From the human T2T-CHM13v2.0 reference genome, Homo sapiens, in NCBI RefSeq assembly GCF_009914755.1, contig NC_060927.1: a stretch of DNA of 64,000 nt. One strand, 5' to 3'. The notes below the pieces were generated by a model. That model did not search any database. It was not told where the DNA came from and saw only the letters and a program-made list of their open reading frames with translations. Position numbers and translations under genes: made by a program. Shown here one piece after another: positions 59,151-64,000 of the stretch (position 1 is its first letter; every line of letters starts with the position of its first letter).

Positions 59151-59700
59151 TTTTTCAGACCCTGAGCATTTAAATCGATCCAAGACTGAAATTCCAGAAA
59201 AATGCCTTTGTGCATGTTGTTTGCTGTCTTGAACATTTAATCTAGATCCAAAGCATTCTTTTTAAAAAAAATTGTATTAAAATGTTGCATTCTTCATTGT
59301 TTCCACCCCCACAGCAGAGATCAGGTCGGTATACTATGATTGGAATTAAAATGCTGTTTCTTTTTCCTGCATAATAAAACTGCTTCACTAAAATTATAGT
59401 CAAATTACCAGAATGAAAGTGCTCATTTAGCACCACTTTGTCAGGGCCTTGCTAATATCCTTAAAATGTAATCCAGCATCGGATTCACCACAGAGCTCCA
59501 CTTGCTGCAGTACAAGCTCTGCTATCTCCTCCATGAGAATAAGATACAACTCGAGCAGAGCCACTATGCTCAAATATATGCTGGCTGCTTTGGGGGAGGG
59601 GCAAAGATGTTGCAGCAAGGGATTCATTACACGGTTCAATAAGAGATGAGCCCAGAGCTTGTCATATGTGATGCTTTCTTACTACACCACTAAACACTGT
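59151..59700 (-). promoter_or_regulatory. Putative 5' UTR / internal promoter of the cysteine-rich exon
   Basis: Repeat-free stretch upstream of the ATG, GC-richer than its flanks at 59420-59670, containing upstream ATGs. TSS unknown. Confidence 0.45.
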
Positions 59701-60397
59701 AGTCTGATTTAAAATATAGTTTTAATGGTAAAAAGAGTACCTCAATTATCACATTTTGTAGTTTGATTCCTCTCTATAAACAATTCAAGCAACAACAACA
59801 AAAATCAATCATCTGGCAAAGTTAAGTAGAATAATTACAAATTAAACTTGGACAGTAAAAAAAGTTCAGTATTTTCTAATACATCAAAATCACTTAAAAT
59901 CTGGAAAAACATTACTGAACCAATTTTGATGTATATCTATACCATATGGAAAGTTTAAAAGCAGAAAGTCAAGCAGTTTAACTCACCGACATATCACTGA
60001 TTTATCCACTCTTTCAAATATTATTTTCTGTGCTTTGGCTTTTTAATCAACCCTTTGGCAGAAAAGCTATCATTAACTAATTACATTCAAAGCAACAAAT
60101 AAAATACTGTGAAAATGTCATTCTTACAGTATTTTATATTTAAAATCTTGCACACAGATGTTACATCTTATGCAGTACCTTCGCTATAATTTAAATGGAC
60201 AGTATTTATTGAAACTCAAAAGCTGAATTAACAAATGCCAGTAAAATACTAAATAACACACAAAGGAATATTTACTGCTTCATCTATGTAATTATCTTTT
60301 CTTTCTTCCACTATTATTTGGGTTGTTCTAAGTACTACATCTATATTGCAGTTAAGAAATATAATTGCTAATGAAGACTGTCAACTTTTACAAAACT

Positions 60398-60712
<315 letters not shown>

Positions 60713-62174
60713 CTAAAATTATCAATTCATATATTTGTACTCAACAGCCTGGTCTCTGTATGCGTAGTAAGCAAAGCTGTTTGTGGAAAAGTATACTATA
60801 TTTTGCTATACACCAGAAACAGCGTGCCAAAAGACAAAAATTCCCTTACCACCAACCATAACTCTAATTCCAAACCTGCTCAAGAACACTTTTAATTCCA
60901 ATTTCCTACACAATTCTCTATTCTGTTCCATTCCTACTTATGTAATTGTATAAGGGGTGAGAGAGAGAAAAAACTAGGTTACATTTCTAAAACAGTAAAG
61001 GAAATAGCTGGTTCTCCAATCTAATTACCCTGACAGGTAAATAACTGCAAATCACATGACTTGTGGAACTTAAATGAAAAGTCAAATGTCAACTGTAACT
61101 AGGGCAAGAAAAAGTAAACTGTGCTCCTTAGAAGCCTTTATATTTAAAAATACATTTACTAAGTCAGAGCCATAGTTGTTAAGCTGTGGTTCTCAGCCTT
61201 TTTCACTGCAGTGCCTCAGAGGTGTCACCAATGTTCTTTCATTTTAAAACTTTCATTTTCAAATTTACAAATTTTAATTTTAAAAACCTGGAAGCACAAA
61301 TGTGTAACAAGTTTTAATACTGGTGTTTATCTATAACAATTTATTTATCCATACTACCAAGTAAACTCATTTTGTGTCAATCTCAAAATACAACTTCTCC
61401 AATTTTTGTGCACATGGGGGATTTGTCTCATTGATCATGTAGGTTGTACACGCTGAGTCTTAATAAAATTCAGTTCTGTGCAGACATGTCTGCTCCCCTA
61501 AAACTATATAAGCAAGCACATTATTTGGCACATGTCTAATAGAACAAAATGTCAGGCAAAGTTCAAGCATGTCCACTTAGCCTGTGCTCTTAATACAGTC
61601 TGCCTTATTCAGTTGGTTACACAATAAACATGTAATATATTCAACTATGATAATATTGTGCTATGATCATTTTAATGATTACTAGGAATTAACCAGTGTT
61701 TCTTGTCTGTTTTTTTAGTAAACTGAATGAATGAGTTCAACGTATACATTTTGGGTCAAAATTTACCATACCTAAAACTGCAGAAGACAGTATAAAAAAC
61801 ATGCATTTGATTTTGGGACCTACCAGGAAAAATGACTAATTTTGACTATTTTGAAACTCTGAGTGGATCTGACAGATTTTCACTAAAGTGTCTTAGGCTG
61901 TTCTGCTTTTTAATGATGTTATCTAACAAATCAATATCCCAGATACATTCAGCCAAATAGTACCTATCAAACTACCTAAGAAACAATATTTAAGTAATAA
62001 TAATAAATAATTATTAACAGTAGCAATTGTCATTTAATAATTACTACTAGTCAGGCATTCTGCAAAGTGCTTTCATGTGTCAGAAAAATTATCAAAAGCT
62101 TGGAAAAAGAGGCAAAAAAATTGGTAGTACGTTCAATGCTGTATAGAGACAAAGGTTGTTCAAGATTATCCAGG

Positions 62175-62378
62175 GCAATGGTTTTCAACATGGAACAACT
62201 TTGCACCCCCAGGGACACCTGGCAATGTCTGCTGCCCAATCGAGGAAAAGAGTCTACGGGCATCTAGTGGGTAGAAGCCAGGGATGCTACTAAACATTTT
62301 ATAACAACACACTGGACAGCTTTCCACAACAAAGAATGATCTAGCCCAAAAATCAAGGATGCCTAAATTGAGAAATTC
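62175..62378 (+). mobile_element. MER20
   Basis: ggcatctagtgggtagaagccagggatgctactaaacat...acaacaaagaatgatctagcccaaaa. Confidence 0.85.
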
Positions 62379-62424
62379 TAATTTAGGGGAATGCACACTT
62401 TAACACACTATTTACTAGAAGTCC

Positions 62425-62662
62425 CATCCCAGCACTTTAGGAGGTCAAAGTGGGAGGATTACTTGAGGCCAGAAGTTCGAGACCAGCCTAGTCAACACAG
62501 CAAGAGTCCATCTCTAAAAAAAATATAAATAAATACTTGGGAGGCTGAGGTGGAAAGATCACTTGAGCCCTTGAGCCACTGCTTGAGCTATGATTGAGCC
62601 ACTGCACTCCAGCCTGGGTGACAGAGTGACAGCCTGTCTCTTAAAAAAAAAAAAAAAAAAAA
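62425..62662 (+). mobile_element. AluJ-like, internally deleted
   Basis: atcccagcactttaggagg...cactgcactccagcctggg, poly-A. Confidence 0.88.
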
Positions 62663-63069
62663 GTCCTAGACAGTGAAGTTATATATGTTAACCTGTAGCT
62701 TTTTATTCAATAGAGAAGCAAATAATTTTTGCCCAGATAACCACAAAGATTAAATTCCTGGCCTCGTTGGATATTAATCAGTTTCTTATCTAACTCAGCA
62801 ATCTTCTATTAACATTGCCTATAAATACTTAGATAACAAATGCACTCTGGTCAAGTTTAACATCTTACTATTTCTCTCATTAACAAGTGAGTGGAATACA
62901 ATCTGTGACACATGTTCATTCTACATTTGCCTAAGAACTTTGCTTTTTTGAAAATCATACCTTAACAAGCGTAATCGCCTTACTTAATCCAAATATGATT
63001 ATTTGGATATACTTTAACACATGTAATTACCTTACTTAATCCAAATATGATCTACCTCTTACGAGGTAA

Positions 63070-63200
63070 AAAGTATTATAACGTCCATTTGATAAATGAG
63101 AGAAACTCAAGGCTTGGAGGAGTCACATAATTTATCCATGGTGTCACAGCTAGCAGAAATGGGAATCATGTCTGACTACAAAGCTCATTTTCAACAATTA
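63070..63200 (-). mobile_element. MIR fragment
   Basis: ccatttgataaatgagagaaact...gtcacagctag. Confidence 0.6.
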
Positions 63201-64000
63201 ATAAATGCAAGCCAAGGTTAGATATTTGGCGAGTCAAGTCCAAAGTCCTTACTATTCTTTCTACCTGCTAGAATGACAATTTAAGGCTATCAGGCAAGCT
63301 TTAAAACAGTTTTCAATTACTAATCTGTTTAAATTGGATTTTTCTCAATACTGTATAACAAAATAGAGGGAAAAAAAGATGCTGAGATTAATGTTATCAA
63401 AATGTTTGCACTACTCAAAACTGCCTGTTTAGATTTATATAATAAACAAATGTAAATATGAATTTATTAAGTAAATATATGGTAATAAATACTACCTATA
63501 TTACATATTACAGTTCCATGTTTAAAATTTCACTGTCAACTGAAATCTTATAAAAGGGTTAAAATACAAGAGCAACACCCAACCAAACTCCTTCACCTGT
63601 CACATTAACTGGAGATCAAACAATATAGTAAAAACATCCAACTATTTAGTCATGAAATTTTTTCATTATATATTAACTCATTATCAAACAAATGCTGAGT
63701 TATTGTTATTATCATAAAACAAGGGTAAGCTAACAAATTTTTTAAGTCCAAAAGAAGCTAAACTTGTAGACCAGCAGTGTTTAAATAAGCAGTGTTGTGC
63801 TTTTCTTTTTTAATTCCTAGATGATTTTGACATGTCACTGTCCCCAATCCCACTGATTTTCAAAACATCATGGTAAATCTATTGATAAATATTTGAGTTT
63901 CATACCAAAGATAGTAATAGCATCTTTATGTAAACAATTGTAATTCCTACAGAGCAGAGGACTTAGGTAAGATCACAAAGTGATGTTACATCTCAAGACC

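Noticed and set aside
59427-59639. 70-aa minus-strand ORF upstream of the Cys-rich exon
   Set aside because: No recognisable homology and no evident donor. At most a uORF if it is transcribed.

Overview
Primate (very likely human) genomic DNA: AT-rich, CpG-poor and dense in Alu, L1, L2, MIR, MER and MLT repeats. The whole window appears to lie inside the 5' half of DLG1 (SAP97/hDlg, MAGUK family), transcribed on the minus strand. One internal coding exon is directly recognisable: 32302-32466, 165 nt, [11 protein letters not shown]...HISPIK, phase 0 at both ends. Two further unique-sequence exons look like alternative first coding exons. (1) 21449-21682 encodes MNYIFGNN...SSTQ, an L27-less N-terminus lying downstream of the KYRYQ exon. 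(2) 59049-59150 encodes MSPSIKNLDCFSPMLCHCKVACSNSTISLMFGCK, ends in a phase-0 AAG|GTGGGT donor, and closely resembles the cysteine-rich palmitoylated N-terminus I recall for DLG2/PSD-93 (MSPVVKDPDCFTPMICHCKVACTNNTLSLMFGCK). This second exon, with its uORF-containing leader, is the most interesting signal. Small-scale oddities include two perfect 17-18 bp inverted repeats, several local tandem duplications and a five-copy CTTTACGCAAAG micro-array. Almost all other ORFs in the track are repeat-derived or chance. Repeat boundaries and subfamilies were assigned by eye and are approximate, and protein comparisons are from memory rather than from searches.
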